Positions 45,601-57,159 of a DNA stretch of 64,000 bases are shown in pieces. The position numbers and the translations under genes were made by a program. Source of the DNA: Pristiophorus japonicus (Eukaryota); contig NC_091997.1 of the NCBI RefSeq assembly GCF_044704955.1, positions 65,720,001-65,784,000 on the forward strand, in the 5' to 3' direction. Positions within the stretch are counted from its first letter, which is position 1. Every line of letters begins with the position of its first letter. The notes under the pieces were generated by a model. That model ran no database searches and had not been told where the DNA came from. It saw only the letters and a list, made by a program, of their open reading frames with translations.

Positions 45601-47506
45601 ACCCCAGTGAGAGTCAGTGTCCGTGGAACCTGTACCGAGTGAGAGTCAGTGTGTGTTGGACCTGAACCCCAGTGAGAGTCAATGTGTGTGGGATCGTACC
45701 CCAGTGAGAGTCAGTGTCTATGGAACCCGTACCCCAGTGATAGTCAGTGTGTGAGGGACCCGTACCCCAGTGAGAGTCAGTGTGTGTGGGACCCGTGCCC
45801 CAGTGAGATTCAGTGTGTGTGAGACCTGTACCCCAGTGAGAATCAGTGTGTGTGGGACCTGTACCCCAGTGAGAGTCAGTGTCTGTGGGAGCTGTACCCC
45901 AGTGTGTGTGGAACCCGTACCCCAGTGATAGTCAGTGTGTGAGGGACCCGTACCCCAGTGAGAGTCAGTGTCTGTGGGACCCGTACCCCAGTGAGAGACA
46001 GTGTGTGTGGGACCCGTACCCCAGTGAGAGTCAATGTCTGTGGGACCTGTACCCCAGTGAGTGTCAGTGTGTGTGGGACCCGTACCCCAGTGAGAGTCAG
46101 TGTCTGTGGGACCCATACCCCTCTAAGAGTCAGTATGTGTGGAACCGTACCCCAGTGAGAGTCAGTGTGTGTGGGACCTGTACCCCAGTGAGAGTTAGTG
46201 TCTGTCGGACCTGTACCCCAGTGAGAGTCAGTGAGTGTGTGAGAACCCGTACCCCAGTGAGAGTCAGTGTCTGTGGAACCCGTACACCGGTGAGAGTCAG
46301 TATGTATGGTATCAGTACCCCAGTGAGAATCAGTGTCTGTGGGACCCGTACCCCAGTGTGTGTGGGACCCATACCCCAGTGAGAGTCAGTGTGTGTGGGT
46401 CGGTACCCCAGTGAGAGTCAATGTCTGTGGGACCCGTACCCCAGTGAGAATCAGTGTGTGTGGGACCTGTACCCCAGTGAGAGTCAGTGTGTGTGGGACC
46501 CGTACCCCAGTGAGAGTCAGTGTGTGTGGGACCCATACCCCAGTGAGAGTCAGTGTCCGTGGAACCTGTACCTAGTGAGAGTCAGTGTGTGTTGGACCTG
46601 AACCCCAGTGAGAGTCAATGTGTGTGGGATCGTACCCCAGTGAGAGTCAGTGTCTATGGAACCCGTACCCCAGTGATAGTCAGTGTGTGAGGGACCCGTA
46701 CCCTAGTGAGAGTCAGTGTCTGTGGGACCCATACCCCTCTAAGAGTCAGTATGTGTGGAACCGTACCCCAGTGAGAGTCAGTGTCTGTTGGACCCCTGCC
46801 ATAGTGAGAGTCAGTGTGTGTGGGTACCCCAGTGAGAGTCAGTGTGTGTGTGACCTATACCTCAGTGCGAGTCAGTGTCCATGGAACCTGTACCCAAGTG
46901 AGAGTGAGTGTGTGTGGGACCTGTATGCCAGTGAGAGTCAGAGGGACCTGTACCCCAGTGAGAGTCATTGTGTGTGGGACCCGTACCCCAGTGAGAGTCA
47001 GTGTGTGAGGGACCTGTACCCCAGTGAGAGTCAGTGTGTGTGGGACCCATACCCCAGTGAGAGTCAGTGTCTGTGGAACCCATACCCCAGTGAGAGTCAG
47101 TGTGTGTGGGATCTTTACCCCAGTGAGAGTCAGTGTCTGTGGAACCTGTACCCCAGTGGGAGTCAGTGTGTATGGGACCCGTAACCCAGTGAGAGTCAGT
47201 GTCTGTGGAACTGCACCCCAGTGAGAGTCAGTGTCTGTTGGACCCCTGCCATAGTGAGAGTCAGTGTGTGTGGGTACCCCAGTGAGAGTCAGTGTGTGTG
47301 TGACCTATACCTCAGTGCGAGTCAGTGTCCATGGAACCTGTACCCAAGTGAGAGTGAGTGTGTGAGGGACCCGTACCCCAGTGAGTCAGTGTGTGTGGGA
47401 CCCGTACCCCAGTGAGAGTCAGGGTGTGTGGGACCCGTACCCCAGTGAGAGTCAGTGTGTGTGGGACCTGTACCCCAGTGATGTGACAGTGTCTTTGGAA
47501 CCTGTA
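39625..47506. repeat. 33-bp minisatellite B, block 2, with higher-order repeat structure
   Basis: Roughly 240 units; diagnostic variant units recur at offsets of 1581, 1844, 2293 and 2325 bp. Confidence 0.96.
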
Positions 47507-47829
47507 TCAGCACCTTTAGGCAAGGTGGTTAGAGGAAACTGGGGGAAGTCCATTTACATCAATCAGAAAAAACAACAAATTCTCGCTACAGAAGAAACCG
47601 ACACGGCAGGAAATTAGGTTGCAGAATATTTTATAGCTTTTCCAGGAACCAAGTCTGACCACAGCGTACTTTCTAGAATAGTGATAACAGGGTATCTTGG
47701 TGAGACATTCAGCCAGATGTCAGGACTGTCAAAACCACAGAGAGAACCAGCTGGGAGATTACGCCCAGTTTTGATGTTGGTTCCCATCCACTGCCTCGAC
47801 CTCAATATCTCCCCGTTCCCTGTGACCTT

Positions 47830-48295
47830 AGAGAGAGTGCAGAAAAGTCCCAGGTATGAGGGACTTCAGTGACGTGGATAGATTGGAGAAGTTGGGGTTG
47901 TTCTCCTTAGAACAGAGAAGGTTGAGAGGAGATTTGATAGAGGTGTTCAAAATCATGAGGGGATCTGGACAGAGAAACTGTTCCCATTGGCGGAAGGGTC
48001 AAGAACCAGAGGACACAGATTTAAGATGATTGGTGAAAGAAACAAAGGCGACATAAGAAAAATATTTTTTACGCAGTGAGTGGTTAGGATCTGGAATGCA
48101 CGGCCCGAAAGGGTAGTGGAGGCAGACTCAGTGAAGGCTTTCAAAGAGGAATTGGAAAAGTGCCTGAAAGAAAAAAATTGCAGGGCTACGGGAAAAGGTC
48201 AGGGGAGTGGGACCGGCTGAGGTGCTCTTACAAAGAGTCGGCACGGGCTCGACGGGCCGAATAGCCTCCTTCCGTGCTGTAACTATTCGATGATT
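47830..48295 (+). mobile_element. CR1 3' fragment
   Basis: [27 protein letters not shown]...RTRGHRFK and a CR1 tail. Confidence 0.8.
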
Positions 48296-48927
48296 TTATC
48301 TCCTCAACCATCGCGAATGACTAGGACAGCAACAACATCACTTCCAGGTTGGCCTCCAAGTCACGGCCCACCGAAGGTGGTGGGTCTTCTCTTCGTGGTG
48401 ACGGTGCTACACAATGCAGTTGGAGCAGGAAATTGACTCAGTGACATTGACGGAATGGCAATATATGTCCAAGTCTGGATGGTGTGTGACTTGATGGGGA
48501 ACCTGTAGTTGATTTTAAAATTCTCTCATCCTTGTGTTCAAATCCCTATGTCTGTAACCTCCCCCAGTGCTATAATCTTCTGAGAACTCTCTGTTCATCC
48601 AGTTCTGGCCTCTTGCACATCCCCCACTCCCTTCACTCCACCATTGGCAACCATGTCTTCAACTGCATTAACTCCTAAACCCTACCTTTTCTGACCAAGC
48701 TTTTAGGCACCCATCCTAATACCACCATCTTTGGCTCAGTGTCAATTTTTATCTGATTACACTCTTGTGAAGCACCTTGGAACATTTTACTTAGCCGTGG
48801 CTCAGTGGGTAGCACTCTCTCACCTCTGAGTCAGAAGGTTGTGGGTTCAAGCCCCACAAAAAATATCTAGGCCGACAGTCCAGTGCAGTGCTGCACTGTC
48901 GGAGGTGGCGTCTTTCGGGTGTGACGT

Positions 48928-49793
48928 TGTAAGGGGGAAAAAAGTACACTTGAGTAAGAAGGTTAAAGGGAATTAGGAGGTTCTGAGGAATAGGGAGTTC
49001 CTCTGTCTTACGGTATGGATTATTGCCTATTGTATGTAACACTTGCTTATGTCGGTAAAGCACACTTATAACGAATTAAGCCTGATGGTTAATTCATCCT
49101 TAACCTTAGTAACACATAACAAAGACAGTCAAGGTCAGTAGTTACAATAATAACATTTTGGCTAGAAATATCTGAGCAAGAGATAAGAAAGTTAGTATTT
49201 TGGAACAGAGCTACTAAGGGACTAAGGCAAAGATTACATCACTGAACAACATGATTAACATTGCATGTACCACTCAGAGCCAGTCTGATCAGAGACGACA
49301 AATCAATGTAACTTCGCTGATAGCAGTAGACCTGTTATGTCTTGTATAAAGAGTCAGACAAGATACTGCAAGCTCAAAGTAAGTGTGACCATAGTCCTTT
49401 ATTACAGATCTCAGAGTGCCTCTCCAGCCTGTGAGGCCTCCTTATATACAGGTGCTCCCAAGGGATTGTGGGATCCCTTGGGACTCCAGGGGTTAAGCCC
49501 TTTGGTGGTTAGACATGGTAATTACAGGTTTATATACATAACAAGACCTATTGATGATTTTGTAGGAGGGTAGCTCCCCTCAAAAACCTGTATAATTGTA
49601 CTTGAACCCTCTTGTACTCTGAGAGTTCACGTTTGAATTTCTCCCTTGCATGTGTTCGTATAATAAAGCCGGTTGAACCGAAGGTTTCGTTTGTTTGATT
49701 CCGTGGTCGTTATACGGAGGGCAAGGGCAGGTGTCGACTTCTTATATCAGGGAGTCCGCCTCGAAGAAGAGAAGTCTTTCTATTACCCCAACA
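48928..49793 (+). mobile_element. Solo LTR (about 650 bp without the nested insert)
   Basis: TGTAAGGGG...CCCCAACA termini; 5-bp TSD GACGT; AATAAA near 49662. Confidence 0.8.
49333..49543 (-). mobile_element. Short solo LTR nested in the previous LTR; related to 10327-10539
   Basis: TGTTATGT...ACATAACA inverted termini; 5-bp TSD AGACC. Confidence 0.82.
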
Positions 49794-50389
49794 GACGTTA
49801 AACCAAGGTCCCATCTGCCCTCTCAAGTGGACATAAAAGATTCCATGGCATTATTTCCAAGAAGAACAGAAGAGTTATCTTCAGTGTTCTGGCCAATATT
49901 TATCCTTGAATCAGCATAACAAAAAAAAACAGATTATCTGGTTATTGTCACATTGCTGTGTGTGGGAGCTTGATGTACACAAATTAACTGCCGCATTTCC
50001 TTCATTGCAACAGTGACTACACTCCAAAAAGTACTTCATTGGCTGTAAAGCACTTTGAGACATCTGGTGGTCGTGAAAGGCACTATATAAATCCAAGTCT
50101 CTCTTTCTTTCTTAAAGATGCTATATAAATGCAAGTTGTTTTTGTTGATTTGGTAGCCGAATCCATGTGTGCTGTCTGTAACTGTAGTTCTGTGAGTCAG
50201 TGTGGAGGCGAAATGGAATAGGATACAGGGGATAAAGAAAACCAGGATGTAATTCAGGTCCAGTTTCATGTTGTATCCTCACTGCTTGGATTTTATATAA
50301 TTAGTTGCAGTCCAGCTGTAGATGAGAGAGGAATCTGGGAGTGGCCACCTGGATCTGAAGCTGGATCGTTCTCAAACAAGATTGGACAC

Positions 50390-52376
50390 TGAATGTATGC
50401 ACCTGTGAGTGTGCTCACTGTTTGTTGTAGAGCTGTGGGGCACTTGTAAATTATAAGATTTTAATGCCCAAAAAAAAATCACAAAAAAAACCCACAAAAA
50501 AAAAACAAAACCCCCCAAAAAATAAAAAAAATATGAAAAAAGAGGGCAGTTAAAAGTATCTGGAGTGTTCCCCAGATCGGGGGGCACTCGATTTAATGTT
50601 TATTTTGCCTCCCCCCCAAAAGAGTTGTGGAGCTGTTGCGAGAGGTGGGCGCCGGAGGGACTGGAGTGCATCATCACCCCCGGCAACCAAATTTTAATTT
50701 GACTTGATATGTTTTAAAGTTTAATTTGTTTTAATTGCCAGGCTTTAGTGTCCCCCCTCCCCTTTTATAGGGGGTACTTGTAAATTATAAGATTTTAATG
50801 CCCCAAAAAAATCACAAAAAAAAAACACCACAAAAAAAGAGGGCAGTTAAAAGTGTCTGGAGTGTTCCCCAGATCGGGGGGCACTCGATTTAATGTTTAT
50901 TTTGTCTCCCCAAAAGAGTTGTTGTCGAGCTGTTGAGTGTCCACTGGTACGCTCGGGACCTTCCGCGAGAGGTGGGCGCTGGAGGGACTGGAGTGCATCA
51001 TCACCCCCGGCAACCAAATTTTAATTTGATTTTATATGTTTTAAAGTTTAATTTTTTTTATTGCCGGTTTTAGTGTCCCCCACCTTTTAGCCAGGGGGCA
51101 CTTGTAAAATTTGTGTTTTTCAGTACCAAAAAAAAATCACTGAAAAAAAAACAAAAATTAACCACAAAAAAAAGGGCACTTAAAGTGTTTGGAGTGTCCC
51201 CCAGATCAGGGGGCACCTGATTTAACTGTTTAATTTTGTTGACAACAAAAAGAGTTGTAGAGCTGTTGAGTGTCCACTGGTACGCTCGGGACCTTCCGCG
51301 AGAGGTGGGCGCCGGAGGGACTGGAGTACATCATCACCCCCGGCAACCAAATTTTAATTTGATTTTATATGTTTTAAAGTTTAATTTGTTTACTGTGCCG
51401 GGTTTTAGTGTCCCCCTCCCCTTTTAGCCAGGAGGCACTTGTATAATTTGTGCTTTTAGTGCCCCCAAAAAAATCCCCCAAAAAACAAAAAAGGCACTTG
51501 AAAAGTGTTTTGTGTGTCCCCCTCTTTTAGTCAAGTGGCACTTGATTTAACGTTTATTTTTGTTCACAACGAAAAGAGTTGTCGAGCTGTTGAGTGACCA
51601 CCGGTATGCTTGCGGCCTTCTGCGAGAGGTGGGCGCTGGAGGGACTGGAATGCATCATCACCCCCAGCAACCAAATTTTAATTTGAACCACTTGTCTAAA
51701 GGTTACTTTGACTATGTTTGTCGGTTTTAATGCTCCCCCCACCCCCCCCCCCCACCTTTTAGCCAGGGATCACTTGTATAATTTTTCTTTTGGTGCCCTC
51801 AGGAAAAAAAACAACAAAACAAAAAAGAAACAAGGGGGCACCTGAAAAGGTTTAGGAGTGTGAGCCCCCCCCCCCACTTTAATCAGGGGGCACTTGATTA
51901 AAGTATACAATATACAACAAAATAGTTGTAGAACTGTTGATATGTTCGCGCCAGGGTGACCCTGGAGATGGAGTACACGGTGTCCACCGGTACGCTCGCG
52001 GCTTCCGCGAGAGGTGGGCGCCGGAGGGACTGGAGTGCATCATCACCCCCGGCAACCAAATTTGAATTTGACCGTTTAAGCTCTACAAAGTTTTATTTGT
52101 TAATTTGTCGGTTTAATAAGGGGGCACTCGGCTTAAAGTTCTATCTAAAATAGTTGTGGAGCTGTTGAATTCTAAGTGGCTTAGCCAGTCACGTGATGTT
52201 CACAAGACTCAATAAAATCCCAGCCAGTTGGCTTCAAGGGATCCACGACGAGGCAGGTGGTTGTGAGCCTGGTGGATGAACTGGTAATGTGTAGTGTGAT
52301 TGTTAAACCTTTGCTAGTTCTTAATAGCAATGTGTTGCTATGAATGCTTAAGCAAAGAACCCACAGAGCAAATACA
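50390..52376 (+). mobile_element. LTR-like repeat (50390-50436 plus 52153-52376) hosting the Tx1-like stack
   Basis: Removing the inserts joins ...CACTGTTTGTTGTAGAGCTGT to TGAATTCTAAGTGGC...CTCAATAAAA...GCAAATACA; the ends TGAATGTATGC and GCAAATACA are imperfect inverted repeats. Confidence 0.5.
50424..52168 (+). mobile_element. Six tandem 5'-truncated L1/Tx1-clade retrotransposon 3' ends separated by a repeated target motif
   Basis: Units encode (YVRARVTLEMEYT)VSTGTLxxFRERWAPEGLECIITPGNQILI*, followed by hairpins and A-rich tracts. The motif GTTGT[A/G/C]GAGCTGT(TGA) starts at 50424, 50624, 50921, 51254, 51578, 51925 and 52153. Confidence 0.72.
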
Positions 52377-52393
52377 GACACCGAGCCACATAA

Positions 52394-55300
52394 ACATAGA
52401 AATATAGAAACATAGAAAATAGGTGCAGGAGTAGGCCATTTGGCCCTTCGAGCCTGCACCACCATTCAATAAGATCATGGCTGATCATTCCCTCAGTACC
52501 CCTTTTCTGCTTTCTCTCCATACCTCTTGATCCCTTTAGCCGTAAGGGCCATATCTAACTCCCTCTTGAATATATCCAATGAGCTGGCATCAATAACTCT
52601 CTGCAGCAGGGAATTCCACTTGTTAATAACTCTCTGAGTGAAGATGTTTCGCCTCATCTCAGTCCTAAATGGCCTGCCCCTTATCCTAAGACTGTGCTCC
52701 CTGGTTCTGGCCTTCCTCAATATCTAATCCGTCCAGTCCCGTCAGAATCTTATACGTTTTTATGAGATCCCCTCTCATCCTTCTAAACTCCAGTGTATAA
52801 AGGCCCAGTTGATCCAGTCTCTCTTCATATGTCAGTCCAGCCATCCCAGGAATCAGTCTGGTGAACCTTCGTTGCACTCCCTTAATAGCAAGAACGTCCT
52901 TCCTCAGATTAGGAGACCAAAACTGAACACAGTATTCCAGGTGAGGCCTCACCAAGGCCCTGTACAACTACAGTAAGACTCTCTGCTCCTATACTCAAAT
53001 CCCCTAGCTATGAAGGCCAACATACCATTTGCCTTCTTCACTGCCTGCTGTACCTGCATGCCAACTTTCAATGACTGATGAACCATGACACCCAGGTCTC
53101 GTTGCACCTCCCCTTTTCCTAACCTGCCGTCATTCAGATAATATTCTGCCTTCGTGTTTTTGCCCCCAAAGTGGATAACCTCACATTTATCCACATTATA
53201 CTGCATCTGCCATCAGTTGCCCACTCATCTAACCTGTCCAAGTAACCCTGCAGCCTCTCAGCGTCCTCCTCACAGCTCATGCTGCCACCCAGCTTAGTGT
53301 CATCTGCAAACTTGAAGATATTACACTCAATTCCTTCATCTAAATCATTAATGTATATTGTAAAGAGCTGGGGTCCCAGCACTGAGCCCTGCGGCACCCC
53401 ACTAGTCACTGCCTGCCATTCTGAAAAGGACCCGTTTATCCCGACTCTCTGCTTCCTGTCTGCCAAGCAGTTCTCTATCCACGTCAGTACATTACCCCCA
53501 ATACTCTGTGCTTTGATTTTGCACATCAATCTCTTGTGTGGGACCTTGTCAAAAACCTTTTGAAAGTCCAAATACACCACATCCACTGGTTCTCCCTTGT
53601 CCACTCTACTAGTTACATCCTCAAAAAATTCCAGAAGATTTGTCAAGCATGATTTCCCTTTCATAAATCCATGCTGACTTGGACCGATCCTGTCACTGCT
53701 TTCCAAATGCACTGCTATTTCATCCTTAATGATTGATTCCAACATTTTCCCCACTACTGATGTCAGGCTAACCGGTCTATAATTACCCGTTTTCTTTCTC
53801 CCTCCCTTTTTAAAAAGTGGTGTTACATTAGCTACCCTCCAATCAATAGGGACTGATCCAGAGTCGATAGACTGTTGGAAAATGATCACCAATGCATCTA
53901 CTATTTCTAGGGCCACTTCCTTAAGTACTCTGGGATGCAGACTATCAGGCCCCGGGGATTTATCGGCCTTCAATCCCATCAATTCCTCTAACACAATTTC
54001 CCACTTAATAAGGATATCCTTCCGTTCCTCCTTCTCACTAGACCCTAGTACTTCCGGAAGGTTATTTGTGTCTTCCTTCGTGAAGACAGAACGAAAGTAT
54101 TTGTTCAACTGGTCTGTTATTTCTTTGTTCCCCATTATAAATTCACCTGAATCTGACTGCAAGGGACCTACGTTTGTCTTCACGAATCTTTTTCTCCTCA
54201 CATATCTACAGAAGCTTTTGCTGTCAGTTTTTATGTTCCTGGCAACTTCCTCTCGTACTCCATTTTCCCCTCTTAATTAAACCCTTTTTCCTCCTCTGCT
54301 GAATTCTAAATTTCTCCCAGTCCTCAGGTTTGCTGCTTTTTCTGGCCAATTAATATGCCTCTTCCTTGGATTTAACACTATCTTTAATTTCCCTTGTTAG
54401 CCACGGTTGAGCCACCTTTCCCGTTTTGTTTTTACTCTGGACAGGGATGTACAATTGTTGAAGTTCATCCATGTAATCTTTAAATGTTTGCCATTGCCTA
54501 TCCACCGTCAACCCTTTAAGTATCATTTGCCAGTCTATTCTAGCCAAATCACGCCTCATACCATTGAAGTTACCTTTCCTTAAGTTCAGGACCCTAGTCT
54601 CTGAATTAACTGTGTCACTCTCCATCTTAATAAAGAATTCTACCATATTATGATCACTCTTCCCCAAGGGGCCTCGCACAACAAGATTGTTAATTAGTCC
54701 TTTCTCATTACACATCACCCAGTCTAGGATGGCCAGCTCTCTAGTTGGTTCCTCGACATATTGGTCTGGAAAACCATCCCTAATACATTCCAGGAAATCC
54801 TCCTCCACCGCATTGCTACCAGTTTGGTTAGCCCAATCAATATGTAGATTAAAGTTGCCCATGATAACTGCTGTTCCTTTATTGCACGCATCCCTAATTT
54901 TTTGTTTGATGCTGTCCCCAACATCACTACCAATGTTTGGCGGTCTGTACACAACTCCCATTAGTGTTTTCTGCCCTTTGCTATTCCGCAGCTCCACCCA
55001 TACCAATTCCACATAATCCAAGCTAATGTCCTTCCTTATTATTGCATTAATTTCCTCTTTAACCAGTAATGCCACCCCACCTCCTTTTCCTTTCTGTCTA
55101 TCCTTCTTAAATGTTGAATACCCCTGGATGTTGAGTTCCCAGCCTTGGTCACCCTGGAGCCATGTCTCCGTGATGCCAATTACATCATATCCGTTAACTG
55201 CTATCTGCACAGTTAATTCGTCCACCTTATTCCGAATACTCCTCGCATTGAGGCACAGAGCCTTCAGGCTTGTCTTTTAACACACTTTGCCCCTTTAGAA

Positions 55301-56600
55301 TTTTGCTGTCCTATGGCCCTTTTTACTTTTTGCCTTAGGTTTCTCTGCCCTCCACTTTTTACTTTTCTTCTTTCTATCTTTTGCTTCTGCCCCCATTCTA
55401 CTTCCCTCTGTCTCCCTGCATACTGCATAGGTTCCCATCGCCCTGCCATATTAGTTTAACTCCTCCCCAACAGCACTAGCAAATACTCCCCCTAGGACAT
55501 TGGTTCCGGTCCTGCCCAGGTGCAGACTGTCCAGTTTGTACTGGTCCCACCTCCCCCAGAACCAGTTCCAATGTCCCAGGAATTTGAATCCCTCCCTTCT
55601 ACACCACTCCTCAAGCCATGTATTCATCTGAGCTATCCTGCGATTCCTACCCTGACTGGCACATGTCACTGGTAGCAATCCTGAGATTACAACCTTTGAG
55701 GTCCTAGTTTTTAATTTAATTCCTAGCTCCCTAAATTCAGCTTGTAGGACCTCATCCCGTTTTTTACCTATATCGTTGGTACATATATGCACCACGAGAA
55801 CTGGCTGTTCACCCTCCCTTTTCAAAATGTCCTGCACCTGCTCCGAGATATCCTTGACCCTTGCATCAGGGAGGCAACATACCATCCTGGAGTCTCGGTT
55901 GCGGCCGCAGAAACGTCTATCTATTCCCCTTACAATCGAATCCCCTATCACTATCGCTCTCCCACTCTTTTTCCTGCCCTCCTGTGCAGCAGAGCCACCC
56001 ACGGTGCTATGAACTTGACTGCTGCTGCTCTCCCCTGATGAGTCATCTCCCCCAACAGTACCCAAAATGGTGTATCTGTTTTCAGGGGGATGACCACAGG
56101 GGATCCCTGCACTACCTTCCTTGCACTGCTCTTCCTGTTGGTCATCCATTCCCTATCTGGCTGTGTACTCTTTATTTGCAATAAGACCAACTCACTAAAC
56201 GTGCTATTCACGTCATTCTCAGCATCGTGGATGCTCCAGAGTGAATCCATCCGCAGCTCCAATGCCGCAATGCGATCTGTCAGGCGGACACACTTCCCGT
56301 ACATGTCGTCATCAGGGACACCGGAAGCGTCCCTGTCCGAGCTCTCCTGCCATGACTTAACCCCTAGATTAACTTAATTTGGCAACAACAATGCTAAAAG
56401 CTTACTTACTGATAGAAGAAAAAAGGAAAACAACTCACCAATCACCAGCCAATCACTTACCCCCTTGGCTGTGACGTCACCTTTCGATTTCTTTCTACTT
56501 CTTTTTTGCCTTCTCCCTGCAGCTGCACCAGCTGGCCTCCTCTCCGAACTCCCGACTGCTGAACTCACGGCCTTTTTATAGGCCTCCGACCCCTAAGGGG
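52394..56600 (-). mobile_element. Near full-length CR1 LINE: 5' UTR, ORF1 with SGNH esterase domain, ORF2 APE endonuclease and RT; disabled by stops and frameshifts
   Basis: ORF1 55451-56304 (IVIGDSIVRG, HICTND, DSLHL); endonuclease 54350-55225 (GITETW, VYRPP, SDHN); RT 53134-54201 onward; tail (TTTCTATG)n near 52394-52420. Confidence 0.95.
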
Positions 56601-56631
56601 ATAAGGAGATATTTTGGCAGGTGATCAAAAG

Positions 56632-57159
56632 AACAGAAGAAATAGGAGCAGGAGTCGGCCATTTGACCCCTCGAGCCTGCTTCGCCATTTAATAAGATCA
56701 TGGCTGATCTGATCATGGACTCAGTCCCACTTCCCTGCCCGCTCCCCATAATCCCTCACTCCCTTATCGCTCAAAAATCTGTCGCTCTCCGCCTTAAATA
56801 TATTCAATGACCCAGCCTCCACAGCTCCCTGGGGCAGAGAATTCCACGGATTTACAACCCTCTCAGAGAAGAAATTCCTCCTCATCTCAGTTTTAAACAG
56901 GCGCCCCCTTATTCCAAGACTATGTCCCCTAGTTTTAGTTTCTCCTATGAGTGGAAATATCCTCTCTGCATCCACCTTGTCAAGCCCCCTCATTATCTTA
57001 TATGTTTCGATAAGATCACCTCTCATTCTTCTGAACTCCAATGAGTATAGGCCCAAGCTACTCAACCTATCTTCATAAGTCAACCCCTTCATCTCCGGAA
57101 TCAACCTAATGAACCTTCTCTGACTAGCCTCCAATGCCAATATATACTTCTTTAAATAC
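56632..57159 (-). mobile_element. CR1 3' fragment inserted in an L2 tail
   Basis: ORF 56721-57140 encodes the CR1 C-terminus; near-TSD GATCAAAAG (56623-56631) and GACCAAAAG (57160-57168). Confidence 0.85.

Larger units (their letters stand above)
48792..50110 (+). mobile_element. DeuSINE split by a solo LTR
   Basis: Head 48792-48927 (TGGCTCAGTGG, GGTTCAAGCCC); the body resumes at 49794 with GACGTTAAACC. Confidence 0.8.

Noticed and set aside
37275-47506. Dozens of ORFs with 11-aa repeats (VRVSVCGTRTP, SESQCVWDPYP, TDSHWGTGPTH)
   Set aside because: They are artefacts of a 33-bp unit that is stop-free in several frames on both strands. Frequent 32-bp and 22-bp units shift frames, and there is no splice or domain evidence.
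37275-47506. CRISPR-like appearance (conserved ~20-bp core alternating with variable bases)
   Set aside because: The variable parts are point variants of one sequence rather than unique spacers, the context is eukaryotic, and there are no cas genes.
50424-52168. Reading the ~300-bp periodicity as an ordinary tandem satellite
   Set aside because: Unit lengths, 5' start points and UTR sequences differ while the junction motif stays fixed, which fits repeated insertion better. Partial local duplication of units 3-5 remains possible.
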